Source of the DNA: Octopus vulgaris | Lineage: Eukaryota | Direction: 5' to 3' | Assembly (NCBI GenBank): GCA_951406725.2 | Contig: OX597825.1 | Coordinates: 72,850,001 to 72,914,000 of the forward strand | DNA: 64,000 nucleotides | Shown here: positions 26,776 through 40,782 of the stretch, in pieces | Position numbering within the stretch: the first letter of the stretch is position 1 | Layout of the letters: every line of letters begins with the position of its first letter | The notes under the pieces: generated by a model | Told to the model about the DNA's origin: nothing | Seen by the model: the letters and a program-made list of their open reading frames with translations, nothing else | Databases searched by the model: none | Made by a program: the position numbers and the translations under genes

Positions 26776-27056
26776 CTAACAGAAATAGCAGACATGTCTG
26801 CATATATGTATGAGGCAACAAAAGAAACCTTTAGTGTGCATAGAAAGGGCAGCCAAATCCCCCTCAAGTCACATCTTATTGTCTCATGTTCACAGATATA
26901 TTCATAAATATATAGAGATGGACAGACACTTACATACATACTTACATAATTAGTTGATGAACCATATTAGAAATAGTAGCCAAATCTCCCTCAAATTGGA
27001 CCTTACTATCTTAGAGCCCAAAAAATAGCCCACTATAAAGTAGCTAAACTTGTTAG

Positions 27057-27274
27057 AACCTGGGTTCTCATTCCTAAGGTATTTTTCGATGTTATTATTA
27101 TTATTATTAATAGTGTTCAGGTCACTACTTGGAATCAAACTCGGAATCTTGGGGTTAGTAGCCTGCACTCTTAACCACTACGCCATATTCCTGCAGGAAT
27201 ATGGCGTAGTGATTAAGAGTGCGGGCTACTAACCCCAAGATTCCGAGTTCAATTCCAAGCAGTTACCCGAACAC

Positions 27275-27312
<38 letters not shown>

Positions 27313-27476
27313 TCGAAAAATACCTCAGGAATGAGAACCCAGGTTTGAAATTTCCCCAAGGCACCTGAAGAAGGCCGAAACGTGTTAACAACAAACAAGA
27401 TGAGGATAAATATCCATCGAATGTAAATAGTGTAAATAATGTACATAATTCCTCATCTCTTAAATATAGAACTGTA
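27057..27476 (+). mobile_element. Palindromic tRNA-headed element with Penelope-like hammerhead tail (family H)
   Basis: Head-to-head inverted repeat 27057-27345 centred on CTGCAG (27193/27194). The right arm continues into GGCAC-CTGAAGAAGGCC-GAAACGTGTT. Confidence 0.8.
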
Positions 27477-28454
27477 TAAATCAACCACAATATTTTCTTT
27501 TAAAGTCTGGTACTTATCTACCATGAAGGTGCATAACCTAGAGGTTAGGATGTTTCACACTGCATTTGCAATCACAAAATAATGGTTTCAGTTCCTGGAC
27601 CTGGGTGGTACACTGCGTTCTTGAGCAATACATTTTCATTTCGCATCGCCCCAGTCCACCCGGCTGTAAACAAATTACCCAACAATACTCTGATGTCCTG
27701 TACTGAAGGCAATTTTGTGATCTTGGTTGCTTTCACGTCATGGAAACCAAATAATCCGCTTGATGAGTCCTAGGACTTGGGGCAGGAAAATTCAGGGATT
27801 GGTAATAATGATGTATTTATTCTATCAATCTTTTTTGTTTGAGCCACTAAGTCACAGGGATGTAAACAAACCGACATTGGTCATCAAGCACTGGTGAGGT
27901 GGAGTGCAAGACCCAAACATAGACACACATATACACATATATATACACACATATACATATCTATAATGTGTGTATAAGTATTCCTTCATCAACCTTCTGT
28001 GCAATATTTTCACTCATACATACATATATATTTATAATAGATATATATATACACACACATATAAGTGCATGTGTGTATATGTTTTGCGTTCTTGTCCCAT
28101 TTTGTATTTTATATATATATATATATATATATAGCAGCGTACATACACTTTGTTCTATATATATATATATATACACACACATACACACATACACACAATT
28201 TCTTTAGCTACCAAATCCATTGGGAAGGCATTGGCCAGCCTAGGGCTATAATAAAAGACACATGCTCAAGTTGCCACTCAGTGGGACTGAACCTGACACC
28301 ACAGGGTTGCAACATGAGCTTCTTAACCACACACCCATGCCTTTCAGAAGGAATTTAAAAATGGTTTGTTCTTTTTTTAGTTTGTAGTTTATTAAATGAA
28401 ATTTCAATTGAAGGACAAATAAAGAAATATAATGGCAAATGCTAGTTTCTTTCA

Positions 28455-29520
28455 TGTACTACTACTGCTGCTACTGCTGCTGCTAACATAAACACCACCA
28501 CCATCACTGTCACCACTGTCAGTACTATCACCACCACTACTACTACCACCACCACCATCACCACCACTATTATTAATACCATGAATACCACCACCACTAC
28601 TACACATACTATTAATGTTACTACCACTACCACCACTACCACTACCATTAACAGCATTACCACCACCACCACTACTACTACCATTAACGCCACCACCACT
28701 ACTACTTTTCCAACCATTAACGCCACCACCACCACTACTAATACCATTAATGCCACTACCACCACCACTACTGCTACTAATACTGTTAATGCTACAACCA
28801 CTACCACCACCACCACTACTACCATTAACGCTACCACCACCACTGCCACTACTACTACTACCATTAACAGCACTACCACCACCACCACCACTACTACTAC
28901 TAATACCATTAGTGCTACTACCACCATGATCACCACTACCAATACCATTAATACCACTACCACCACTACTACTAATACTATTAATGCCACTACTACTTGT
29001 ACCACCCTCAATGTGACCAACAAACACTTCAACATCAACTATATACACCACTGTCAGAACCATTACCCCAACGACAATTTCTACCACCCCAGCCCCATCA
29101 CCACCACTGCCACCATCACCACCACCACCACCATCACTGCCATCCTCACTACCACCACTACGGCCACTTCCACTTGCAAAACCCATCACTACCACTACCA
29201 CAACTACTACCATAACTAGCACCAACACCATCTCAAATCACCACTACTACTACCACCACCACCACCACCACCACCACAACCGCCACTACAAACACCATTA
29301 CACCACCACTGCTACCACTACGACTGCCATCATCACTACCACCGCCTCCACTACCGCCACTACCATCACCACTACCCTCACCACACTATCACCACTACCA
29401 CCACCGCCACAACTGCTGCTATCACCACTATTGCACCACCACTGCTGCCATCTCTGCTACCACTACCACCACTGCTACCACTACCACCACCACTGCTACC
29501 ACCACCACCACCATCACCAT
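28455..29520. repeat. Imperfect (ACC/ACT)n trinucleotide tract
   Basis: Direct inspection. It yields poly-T/V/G ORFs in several frames on both strands. Confidence 0.9.
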
Positions 29521-30110
29521 CCCAAAATATTTTCCAGTCTCAAACACAATTTCTTCATTTTCTTTCAATCTAACGAATTAATTAGAAATAAGTTACTTAA
29601 ATTAATAAAAAAGAAAATTTCTGTTTTTTGCATTTTAATTTGATTTCTTATTTGTAAATATTTTTGCACACTTTTGTTTCATTTTTTTTCTTTGTTTTTT
29701 TTTCCTTCTAATTTCTGGTATTTCGGGTGGGTAAGGGGTCCAAAAGTAGAGGAGGGTGTATAAATTGATTGGGGGGTAGGGGTGGTGAATGGGATATTGT
29801 GTGAGTGTATAATAAATCTATTCTACAGACTGGAATTTATGAGTTTTAATAGATTTTTATAATTATTTGGTGTTTAGTGATAAAGCAGATGTATACAAAA
29901 AAACATGGACAAAAATATAAACCAAGGCACTGGAGCGGCTGTGTGGTAAGTAGCTTGCTTACCAACCACATGGTTCCAGGTTCAGTCCCACTGCTTGGCA
30001 CCTTGGGCAAGTGTTTTCTACTATAGCCTCGGGCCAACAAAATCCTTGTGAATGGATTTGGTAGACAGAAACTGAAAGAAGCTTGTTGTATGTATATATA
30101 TATATATATA

Positions 30111-30325
30111 CCGGAGTAAACACATAAATGTGAAACAAGGTGGAAAAAAAGAGTACTCACATACCAGGGGTAGAGTAATATGCTTTATTTAAAAGCAGCA
30201 GAAATTCAACAAAACCTGTTACTCGGAGTTTCATGTTCCTGTTCGTCGGGAAAACTGTCTGACGAACGTGAACGTGAAACTCCGAGTAACAGGTTTTGTT
30301 CAATTTCTGCTGCTTTTAAATAAAG

Positions 30326-30330
<5 letters not shown>
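30111..30330. mobile_element. Penelope-like inverted pLTR unit (palindrome 30178-30330)
   Basis: ~70-bp arms CTTTATTTAAAAGCAGCAGAAATT...GTTCGTC and their complement. Each arm carries a hammerhead motif. Confidence 0.75.
30255..30292 (+). ncRNA. Minimal type I hammerhead ribozyme
   Basis: CTGT-CTGACGA-ACG-TGAA-CGT-GAAA-CTC-C-GAG-T-A-ACAG, with predicted GUA cleavage after 30288. Confidence 0.75.
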
Positions 30331-30357
<27 letters not shown>

Positions 30358-30486
30358 TACAAAATAAGAAAATGGAGAAATACATCCAAATCAAATATCA
30401 ATTACCAGATAATACCAAATCACATACTTTATTAAACCACCACATAAGAAACTTTAAGGTTAAACATAATAATGTAGAACAAGACA

Positions 30487-30539
<53 letters not shown>

Positions 30540-31145
30540 TGTGTGTATCTGTTTGTGTGTCTATGTTTGTCCCCCCTACCATCGCTTGACAACTGATGTT
30601 GGTGTGTTTACGTCCCCATAACTTAGCAGTTCGGCAAAAGAGACTGAAAGAATAAGTACTAGGCTTACAAAGAATAAGTCCTGGGGTAAATTTGCCTGAC
30701 TAAAGGCCATGCTCCAGCATGGCCACAGTGAAATGACTGAAACAAATAAAAGAGTAAAAGAATAAGCCAAAAAATAACAAAAAACATGAACTGTGTGGTT
30801 TAAGAAGCTCATTTTGTAACCACCTGGGTTTTGGGTTCAATCCCACAGCACAACACCCTGGGCCAGTGTCATCTAGTCTTCTACTATAGCTGCAGGATGA
30901 CCAATACCTTTTCATTTATTCATTTACTTGTTTCAGTCATTTGACTGCAGCCCTGCTGGAGCACTGCCTTGTAGGGTCTCAGTTGAAGAAATTGACCCCA
31001 GGACTTATTTTTTTAAGCCCAGTACTTATTCTATTGGTTTCTAGGAAGTCTATCCTACTGCATGATATTTTGAGCAAGTGTCCTCTACTATAAACCCTGG
31101 GTTGAGCAAAGTCTTGTGAGTGGATCAGACAGATGACATCTGAAA

Positions 31146-31193
<48 letters not shown>

Positions 31194-31203
31194 TATGTGT
31201 GTG

Positions 31204-31383
31204 CAGGGGCATGGCTAGGGTAAATGGCGCCCAGATCAAGCATCACTAAAAAGTGGAAACTCGCATAAAAATGGCTTAATTAGAAAATGACCTTGGCCAA
31301 TATTGCGCCTCCCTCCCACCACTTGCCTCAAAGTGGCACCCAAGATATGTGGCCTGCTTGCTCCACCCTCACTTGTACCTCTG
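31204..31383 (+). mobile_element. Old hAT-like MITE
   Basis: Degenerate ends CAGGGGCATGGCTAGGG ... CCCTCACTTGTACCTCTG. No clear TSD. Confidence 0.45.
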
Positions 31384-31656
31384 TGTGTCCTTATATAGAC
31401 ATCACACTTTGGTATAAACAAGAAGTGATGTTGTTCATTTTCCAGTTTTCAGTGTAAAACATGTCTGACCATAGGAAATTATTACCTTGCCTGGAAACAG
31501 GTAAGGGTTGGTGACAGAGAGGGCATCCAGTAGTAGAGAATCATCTGCCACAACAAATTACATCCGATCCACGAAACATGGAAAAGTGAACGTTTAAATA
31601 ATGATGATGATGATGATAGTGGTGGTGGTGGTGGTGGTGATGGAAATATTTACAGT

Positions 31657-31965
31657 ACTCTTTTACTTGTTTCAGTCATTTGACTGCAGCCATGCTGGAG
31701 CACCGCCTTTAGTCGAGTAAAACAACCCCAGGGCTTATTCCTTGTAAGCCTAGTACCTATTCTATCGGTCTCTTTTGCCGAACCGCTATGTTACGGGGAC
31801 ATAAACATACCAGCATCGGTTGTCAAACGATGTTGGGGGGACAAACACAGAGGCAAAAACACACACATACATATATATATATACATGTATATGACGGGCT
31901 TCTTTCAGTTTCTGTCTACCAAATCCACTCACAACATATACACACACACACACACACATACATAC

Positions 31966-32001
<36 letters not shown>

Positions 32002-32022
32002 ATAAATATTAGAATAAATAAC

Positions 32023-32120
<98 letters not shown>

Positions 32121-32280
32121 TATACAACAATATATACAACTTTCTTTCAGTTTCCAGCTACCAAATCCACTCACAAGGCTTTGGTCGGCCCGAGCTATTT
32201 TAGAAGACATATGCCTAAAGTGCTATGCAGTGGGATTGAACCCGGGACCATGTGGTTGGTAAGCAAGCTACTTACCACAC
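31657..32280 (-). mobile_element. Family A SINE with internal partial duplication around (TA)n
   Basis: The CTTTCAGTTT...AAATCCACTCACAA segment is present twice. Confidence 0.8.
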
Positions 32281-32484
32281 ATTTCCTTATATTGAATTAG
32301 TAGAACATTATTGTTTACACGCATATAGGGAGATTGTTCCCTTACTTTATCAGACTCCTTAACCAAGTTTACACAGATATAAATACACCACTGCTGCTGA
32401 CAAGCAGTACTGGGGGACACACAGACACAAGCACATACATATAGATAGATATACATATATATGTCTATAAATATTTACATACAT

Positions 32485-32632
<148 letters not shown>

Positions 32633-32822
32633 CATATATATATATACTACATATATATATATACATATATATACATATATGGTCGGCCCTGAGGCTATAG
32701 TAGAAGACACTTGCCCAAGATGCCATGCAGTGGAACTGAACCTAGAACCATGTGATTGGCAAGCAAGCTTCTTACCACACAGCCACATTATACACACACA
32801 CATGCGCATTCTCCTTCACCTA

Positions 32823-32908
<86 letters not shown>

Positions 32909-33130
32909 TAAACCCATGTCAACCTGGAAACTGGATGTTAACTAAGATATATACACACACACATACACACACACACACATATGTACACACATGCACACAC
33001 ACACATATGCACACATACATCAATATAATTGTGCATGTGTGGTGTGTGTGTGTTTGTGTGTATATAAACCCATGCCAACATGGAAACTGGACATTAAAAG
33101 ATATACATACATATATATATATATACATAC

Positions 33131-33177
<47 letters not shown>

Positions 33178-33214
33178 TATAAATATATACATATATATAT
33201 ATTTATATATATAT

Positions 33215-33622
33215 AGGCGCAGGAGTGGCTGTGTGGTAAGTAGCTTGTTTACCAACCATATGGTTCCGGGTTCAGTCCCACTGCGTGGCACCTTGGGCAA
33301 GTGTCTTCTACTATAGCCTCGGGCCGACCAAAGCCTTGTGAGTGGATTTGGTAGACGGAAACTGAAAGAAGCCTGTCGTATATATGTATATATATATGCG
33401 TGTGTGTGTTTGTGTGTCTGTATTTGTGCCCCTAGCATTGCTTGACAACCGATGCTGGTGTGTTTATGTCCCCGTTACTTAGTGGTTCGGCAAAAGAGAC
33501 CGATAAAATAAGTACTGGGCTTACAAAAGAATAAGTCCCAGGGTCGATTTGCTCGATCAAAGGCGGTGCTCCAGCATGGCCACAGTCAAATGACTGAAAC
33601 CAGTAAAAGAGTAAAAGAGTAA
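33215..33622 (+). mobile_element. Family A SINE, full length, young
   Basis: Nearly identical to the consensus of the other copies. Confidence 0.92.
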
Positions 33623-34144
33623 GAGATATACATACATATGTATATATATATATATATACACATACATACATATGTATATATATATATATATATATATACA
33701 TTTATATATATATATATATTTATTGTGCATATGCATACACACATGCACAAATATATACATGCATACACACCAACATATACACATACTCACACACTCACAC
33801 ACCCACACATATATATACATGCGTATGTCTTCAAATTACATATAAGTGGCAACACAAGTGGGTAGACGCAGGTATATTGTGCAACACATCATACACGTAT
33901 TGTCTCCACTCACACACACACACACACACACAAATACACATGCAAGTTACATATTAAATGCATGAATCACTTGTTGTTGTAACATTCTTTACACAACCTG
34001 GGTGTATATTTGACTTAAAAACTCTTCCTTTTCTTCAAAAATATGACCTAATCTATTGGACATTATATGTGGTTGAGTTTAGGCTCTTCAGAATGGATAA
34101 CGGCAGCGGTTCTCTTACTGTGGTGGAATGCCGCATGACTCAAT

Positions 34145-34257
34145 ATCTCTCTCTGTCCCCTCCTTTCTCTCTCTCTCTCTCCTCTTCTCTCTCTCTCTCT
34201 CTTTCTCTCTCTGTCTTTCTCTCTCTCTTTCTCTCTCTCTCTTTCTCTCTCTCTCTT

Positions 34258-34308
<51 letters not shown>

Positions 34309-34625
34309 GTCCCCTTCTCTCTCTCTCTCTCCTCTTCTTCTCTCTCTCCCCTTCTCCCTCTCTCTTTCTCTCTCCCCTTCTCTCCTCTCTATCTCTCCCC
34401 ATCTCTCTCTATCTCTCTCCTCTTCTCTCTCTCCCCTTCTCTCCTCTCTCTCTCTTTCTCTCTCTCTGTCCCCTTCTCTCTCTCTCCTCTTCTTCTCTCT
34501 CCCCCATTCTCCCCTCCCTCCCTCTCTCTCTCTCGCTCTCTTCCCTTCTCTCTCTCCTCTTCTTCTCTCTCCCCGTCCCCCTCCCCCGTCCCCCCTCTCT
34601 GTCCCCTTCTCCCTGTGTCTCTGTT
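34145..34625. repeat. ~480-bp polypyrimidine (CT)n-type tract
   Basis: Direct inspection. Confidence 0.95.
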
Positions 34626-35077
34626 TCCGATACCTACTTATGCATATATGTGTGTGTGTGTATCTATGTATGCAACCATATGTGTGTATTTCTAGGTAAA
34701 TGTATGGGTGTGTGTCTGTACATAGGTATGTCTGTATGTGAGTGTCAGTGAAGGTGTGTATGCCTCTGTATGCTTAAAAGTTTGTGTGTGTCTATATGCG
34801 TGTATGTTTGTGTATGTATCTGTGTTTCTGCCTCTGCATGTGTCTACACGCGTGCATGCGTGTGTGTATGGCAGTTCAGTGTGGCTGAATGTTTAAGAAG
34901 GTCAGTTCTTAATCAGGGGACCCCAGGTTCAATTTCTCTGCACTGCATCTTAGGCAACTGTCATTTTCTTTCACCTTAGGTTATCTCATGTCTTGAAGAA
35001 TGGATTCAAGTATAGTAGAAACTGTGTGGAAGCCTGTGATTATTATACCTGTATCATACCTGTAATTTAAACATATT

Positions 35078-35308
35078 TACTCTTTTTACTTGTTTCAGTC
35101 ATTTGACTGTGGCCATGCTGGAGCACCGCCTTTAGTCGACCAAATCGACCCCAGGACTTATTTTTGTAAGCCTAGTACTTATTCTATTGGTCTCTTTTGC
35201 CGAACCGCTAAGTTACGGGGACGTAAACACACCAGCATCGGTTGTCAAGCGATGTTGGGGGTACAAACACAGACATACAAACATATACACACACATAAAT
35301 ATACATAA

Positions 35309-35372
<64 letters not shown>

Positions 35373-35500
35373 CATAAATACGACAGGCTTCTTTCAGTTT
35401 CTGTCTACCAAATCCACTCACAAGTCTTTGGTTGGCCTGAGGCTATAGTAGAAGACACTTGCCCAAGGTGCCACACAGTGGGAGTGAACCTGAAACCATG
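35078..35500 (-). mobile_element. Family A SINE
   Basis: Reverse complement of the family A consensus. Confidence 0.88.
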
Positions 35501-35877
35501 TGTTTCCGGGTTCTTTAGTCAAAAGAAATCAATTCCAGTTGTTATTTTCTAAAATCTGGTATTTATTCTATCAATCACTTTTTGCCAAATTGATAAGTTA
35601 CAGGAATGTAAACAAACCAATACCAGTTTTCAAGCAGCAGGAGGACAAACACACACATACATGTAGCAGTGGACATACACACACACAAGCAGTAGTGGAC
35701 ACACACACACAAGCAGTAGTGGACACACACACACACACACACACAAGCAGTAGTGTGGACATACACCCACACACATACACACAAGCAGTAGTGGACACAC
35801 ACACACACACACACACAAGCAGTAGTGTGGACATACACCCACACACATACACACAAGCAGTAGTGGACACACACATA

Positions 35878-35953
<76 letters not shown>

Positions 35954-36343
35954 GGCTTCTTTCAGTGTTTGTTGATCATATCCACTCACAAGTGTTTGTT
36001 CAGCCAGAGAGAGCCATGGTAGGAAACACTTGTCCAAGGTGCCACACAGCAAGACTGAATCCAGAACTATTTAATTGGAAAACACACTTCTTACCATAGA
36101 GCCATACCTAATTATAAAATAGCATGTAATTCATTAATTAAAAAAAAAAATGAAGATCATTGTATTGTTTCACACAAATTCTTGGATTTTGAAAACTGTA
36201 AATGTAATTAATTCAACTTTTTTTAATTATGAAAATGCTAGCGTGTTACTTGTTGTGTGATGAGCAACTTTAGAAGTATTCTAAGGCATCAAGAAATATG
36301 GTTTTCTTTTATTCTATTACTTGTTTCAGTCATTTGACTGCAG

Positions 36344-36760
36344 GGATCTTTTCAGTTTGAACGGCAGTTTTTTTTAAATAATTTCCACGTAATACTAAAC
36401 ACTTTAAAACTTCGTATACTGGTAGAATGTGTTACATAAAACATCTTTTTCTCTTGGCTTTATTGAGAAAATTCTATAGTTCGTAAGATATTTATTGTTG
36501 TTTTTTTCTTCAATTTCTGCAATTTCAACCAATCAATGACGTCTATTGAGGTGAAAACATTCTGTGCCATATGAATATGTCCCTCGTTTAAGAAACAGAT
36601 TGGGTTTATTTACATTTCTGAAGAAAAAAAGATACCCTTCCCCCCACCCCTAATCCTAAAACAGATTGAAATGCAATAGATCAATACTAGGGTCATAATT
36701 ATGGGTGACAATTTCATATGACACCGCTAGAAAAAACTGCCATTCAAACCGAAAAGATCC
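36344..36760. mobile_element. 417-bp MITE with ~30-bp GG-initiated TIRs and 8-bp TSD, nested in a SINE tail
   Basis: GGATCTTTTCAGTTTGAACGGCAGTTTTTT / AAAAAACTGCCATTCAAACCGAAAAGATCC. TSD GACTGCAG at 36336-36343 and 36761-36768. Confidence 0.92.
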
Positions 36761-36984
36761 GACTGCAGCCATGCTGGGGCACAGCCTTAAAGGGTTTAGC
36801 AAAAGAAATCGACCCCAGGACTTATTCTTTGTGAACCTGGTAAAGTATGGGGATGTAAACACACCAACAGTATGGGGATGTAAACACACCAACATTGGTT
36901 GTAAAGCAACAGACACAAAGATGCCACACAATGGGACTGAACGATATATATTTAAACACAGCAAATATAAACAAAATATATTTT

Positions 36985-37352
36985 GCAGGAGTTGCGGTGT
37001 GGTATGTAGCTTGCCTACCAACCACATGGTTCTGGGTTCAGTCCCACTGCGTGACATCTTGGGCAAGTGTCTTCTGCTATAGCCTCGGGCCGACCAATGC
37101 CTTGTGAGTGGATTTGGTAGACGGAAACTGAAAGAAGCCTGTCGTATATATGTATATATATGTATGTATGTGTATGTATATGTTTGTATGCTGGTGTGTT
37201 TACGTCCCTGTCACTTAGCGGTTTGGCAAAAGAGACCGATAGAATAAGTACTGGGCTTACAAAGAAGAAGTCCTAAGGTCGATTTGCTCGACTAAAGGCG
37301 GTGCTCCAGCATGGCCGCAGTCAAATGACTGAAACAAGTAAAAGAGTAAAAG
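36985..37352 (+). mobile_element. Family A SINE
   Basis: Matches the consensus, with a small central deletion. Confidence 0.88.
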
Positions 37353-38389
37353 ACTATACCTATGTATCTAATCATCATTTGAACTGAAGACATAAACAAT
37401 ACATTCTGAGACAAATTTTAAGAAATCCTGATAAATCATTTCTATAATGTTTCAAATCTGTTGCTTTAAACAGTTTTAAAGATAAATTCGACCATATGTA
37501 CAATGTACCTGGACAATATTTAAATTAAAAACATAATGAGAAATCAAAGAAGTACAATACCAGTATAGAAATTAAATTTTTCAGACCAAAATTTAAGGTC
37601 AAACAAGGTAGGTCAATTTATACACCAAGACTATCTTGGACAATCAAAAATTCATGTAAAATACAGCAGGATTTGTAAAGATAGTGATGATGCCTGGATT
37701 TTTACACTACATGTTTACACTATATATTACATCAGCTTGTATGTTGGAAAATATGTTACTTTATAAATTCTAAATTATAGAATAGACACTAATTTTCTAC
37801 AAGGAATCTATGACTTCCAAAGTCATTTCAGGGTTGTCCTGTTTGATATTCGATGTTGATAATGGCTAATAAGCTTAAAATGCATTCATTGATACTCAGG
37901 GAGAAGGGATGCTGTGAAATGCCTATTGGTATTTTATCACCTGTTGCCTAAAGTGGGAACTTTCTCTGTGACAAACCACAGTGAAAAAAAGCCTTTATAC
38001 AGGTCAAATATCATCATCATCATCATTATTTGACATCTAATGTCCATGCTGGCATAGGTTGAACGGTTTGAAGAGGGCTGGTAAGCTGAGGGGCTGCACC
38101 AGACTCCAGTCTGATTTGGCATGGTTTCTACGACTGGATGCCCTCCCTAATGCCAACCAATCCAAGAGTGAAATGGGTGCTTTTACATGCCAGTTGCATG
38201 ACACCAGTATCTGTCACTACTACAATTTCATTTGACTTGATGGGTGTTCTTCTCAAGCACAGCATATTGCCAAAGGGCTCTGTGAGGCCTAAGACTCAAA
38301 AGGTGCTTTTTGTGTGACACCGGCATCAGCCATGGACCGGTCTAAAAGTTTGTTTAATCCTTAAAGCTTTCAGTACTTTGAATTATTTT

Positions 38390-38690
38390 CATCATCATCA
38401 TCATCATCGTTTAACGTCCGTTCTCCATGCTAGCATGGGTTGGACGGTTCGACCAGGGATCTGGGAAGCCAGAAGGCTGCACCAGGCTCCAGTCTGATCT
38501 GGCAGTGTTTCTACAGCTGGATGCCCTCCATGAGTGTAGTGGGTGCTTTTTACGTGTCAGGCGAGGCTGGCAACACCCATGATTGGATTGGTGCATTTTA
38601 CGTGCCACCGGCACGGAAGCCAGTCAAAGCGGCGCTGGCATTAGCCACGTTCGGATGGTGCTTTTTACGTGCCACCGGCACAGGGATCAC
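38390..38690 (-). mobile_element. Family D RTE-related retroposon
   Basis: (CAT)n-GTTTAACGTCCG...TTTTTACGTGCCACCGGCAC modules. Confidence 0.8.
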
Positions 38691-39352
38691 AACTGCAGTT
38701 TCCATTGATTTTGATGTTGGTGTACTTGACTCAATGGATCTCCTCAAGCACAGGGTCGAAATGGTGTTTCATGTAGAATAATACCAATTGCTTTTATTGT
38801 CGAACCTACGCAGTTTCATAATAGCACATGAAGGACAAAATGCTTCACAGTTTTTCATCCATCTTCATGTTCCGTGTTGAAATACTGCCAAGATCAACTT
38901 TCCTTTCATCTTTGTTGGGGTTAATGAAATGAGCACCTGTGAAACATTAAGGTCAATGTAATTGACTAACCCCATTCCCCCACAAAATTTCAGGCCTTGT
39001 GTTTTTTGTAGAAAGGATTATTATATTTCTCTAATTCTGTGCTCTTTTCCTTCCCCATACAGCAAAAATAGCTATAGCTATTCCAAAAGTCTGTCAAATT
39101 TTCTTTAGATTAATTATTTTCTTAATTTTCTTTATAATACTTATGTTCTTGCAAGCATTATGATATAATCTGATCATAATTTGTTTTTAAATCTAATAAT
39201 ACACACTCAGAAACAGAGATTAAATCGCTGTAAGTAGTATTAACATATAGGAAATAGATTTAATCCCTCACCTAGTTTAACACTGCCGCCTGGTCCCAGA
39301 GGAATCCAGGGGAAAAAATGTCACTGGAAAAAAGTCACAGAAAAAATATTGA

Positions 39353-39676
39353 AGAAGTGGCTGTGTGGTAAGTAGCTTGCTAACCAACCACATGGTTCCG
39401 GGTTCAGTCCCACTGCGTGACATCTTGGGCAAGTGTCTTCTTGTGAGTGGATTTGGTCGACGGAAACTGAAAGAAGCCTGTCGTATATATATGTATGTAT
39501 ATGTATATGTATATATGTGTGTGTGTGTGTGTGTTTGTCTCCCTAGCATTGCTTGACAACCAATGCTGGTGTGTTTACGTCCCCGTCACTTAGCGGTTCG
39601 GCAAAAAGAGACCGATAGAATAAGTACTGTGCTTACAAAGAATAAGTCCCGGGGTCGATTTGCTCACACACACGCT

Positions 39677-39726
<50 letters not shown>

Positions 39727-39831
39727 CACATTACTACGTGGTACCTTGGGCAAGTGTCTTCTACTATAGCCTCGAGCCGACCAAAGCCTTGTGATTGAAT
39801 TTGGTAGACGGAAACTGAATGAAGCCCGTCG

Positions 39832-39864
<33 letters not shown>

Positions 39865-40647
39865 TTGTGTCCGAGTTTTCCCCCGACATCGCTTGACAAC
39901 TGATGCTGTTGTGTTTACGTCCCCGTCACTTAGCGATTCGGCAAAAAAGAGACCGATAGAATAAGTACTGGGCTTACAAAAGAATAAGTCCCGGGGTCGA
40001 TTTGCTCGACTAAAAGGCGGTGCTCCAGCATGGTCGCAGTCAAATGACTGAAACAAGTAAAAGAGTAAAAGAGAGAGTAAGTAAAAAGGTCACCGGAATT
40101 ACGCATTTTTCCTGGAATATTCCTCTTAGTCATCAACATTAAAAAATACTGAATATATATATATGTAGTGCCACGATATAAAGTGTTTTCAATCTGTACA
40201 TGTCATGTATTGTCAATAAATGGCAGACTATAGTTTTTTTTTGTTTCCTTGTTTTATACTTTGCTTAAGAAGTTGAATAATGGAGGATTTTTTCACAGGA
40301 GTGGCTGTGTGGTGTAAGTAGCTTGCTTACCAACCACATGATGCAGGGTTCAGTCCCACTGCGTGGCACCTTAGGCAAGTGTCTTCTACTATAACCTCGG
40401 GCCGACCAAAGCCTTGTGAGTGAATTTGGTAGACGGAAACTGAAAGAAGCCCGTCATATACATGTATATATGGCATAACTTCGGTATAGGTACCGGAAGT
40501 ACCCGATACATTTCAAGAAAGTGGGGTTTTTTTTTATATATATGGGGGTTAGGGTTAGGGGTGGGAGAAAAGGGTTTCTGTTATATTCAGAAATGTAACC
40601 AAAGCCACAACCGGTACTTACGGTACCTATACCGAAGGATCACCATA

Positions 40648-40681
<34 letters not shown>

Positions 40682-40732
40682 TTTTTCCCAGTAAATATCG
40701 GTACTTCGTTGTACCATATATTTACTTCTATG

Positions 40733-40782
<50 letters not shown>

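Larger units (their letters stand above)
29925..30765 (+). mobile_element. Family A SINE with insertions in its central (TA)n
   Basis: Head half 29925-30090 and tail half 30540-30765. Confidence 0.85.

Noticed and set aside
26718-26797. ...GDGCG-TGA read as a selenocysteine CGU motif
   Set aside because: The surrounding peptide does not resemble a known selenoprotein and no SECIS is evident, so an ordinary stop is more likely.
27200-27260. Functional tRNA gene (also the heads of SINE families A, B and C)
   Set aside because: No acceptor stem or terminator, and embedded in repeated elements.
27755-27785. TTGATGAGTCCTAGGAC as a hammerhead
   Set aside because: It lacks the CUGA and GAAA core and is the tail of an old SINE.
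28442-29231. Mucin-like poly-Thr and Gly/Ser ORFs
   Set aside because: Imperfect (ACC/ACT)n microsatellite, open in most frames.
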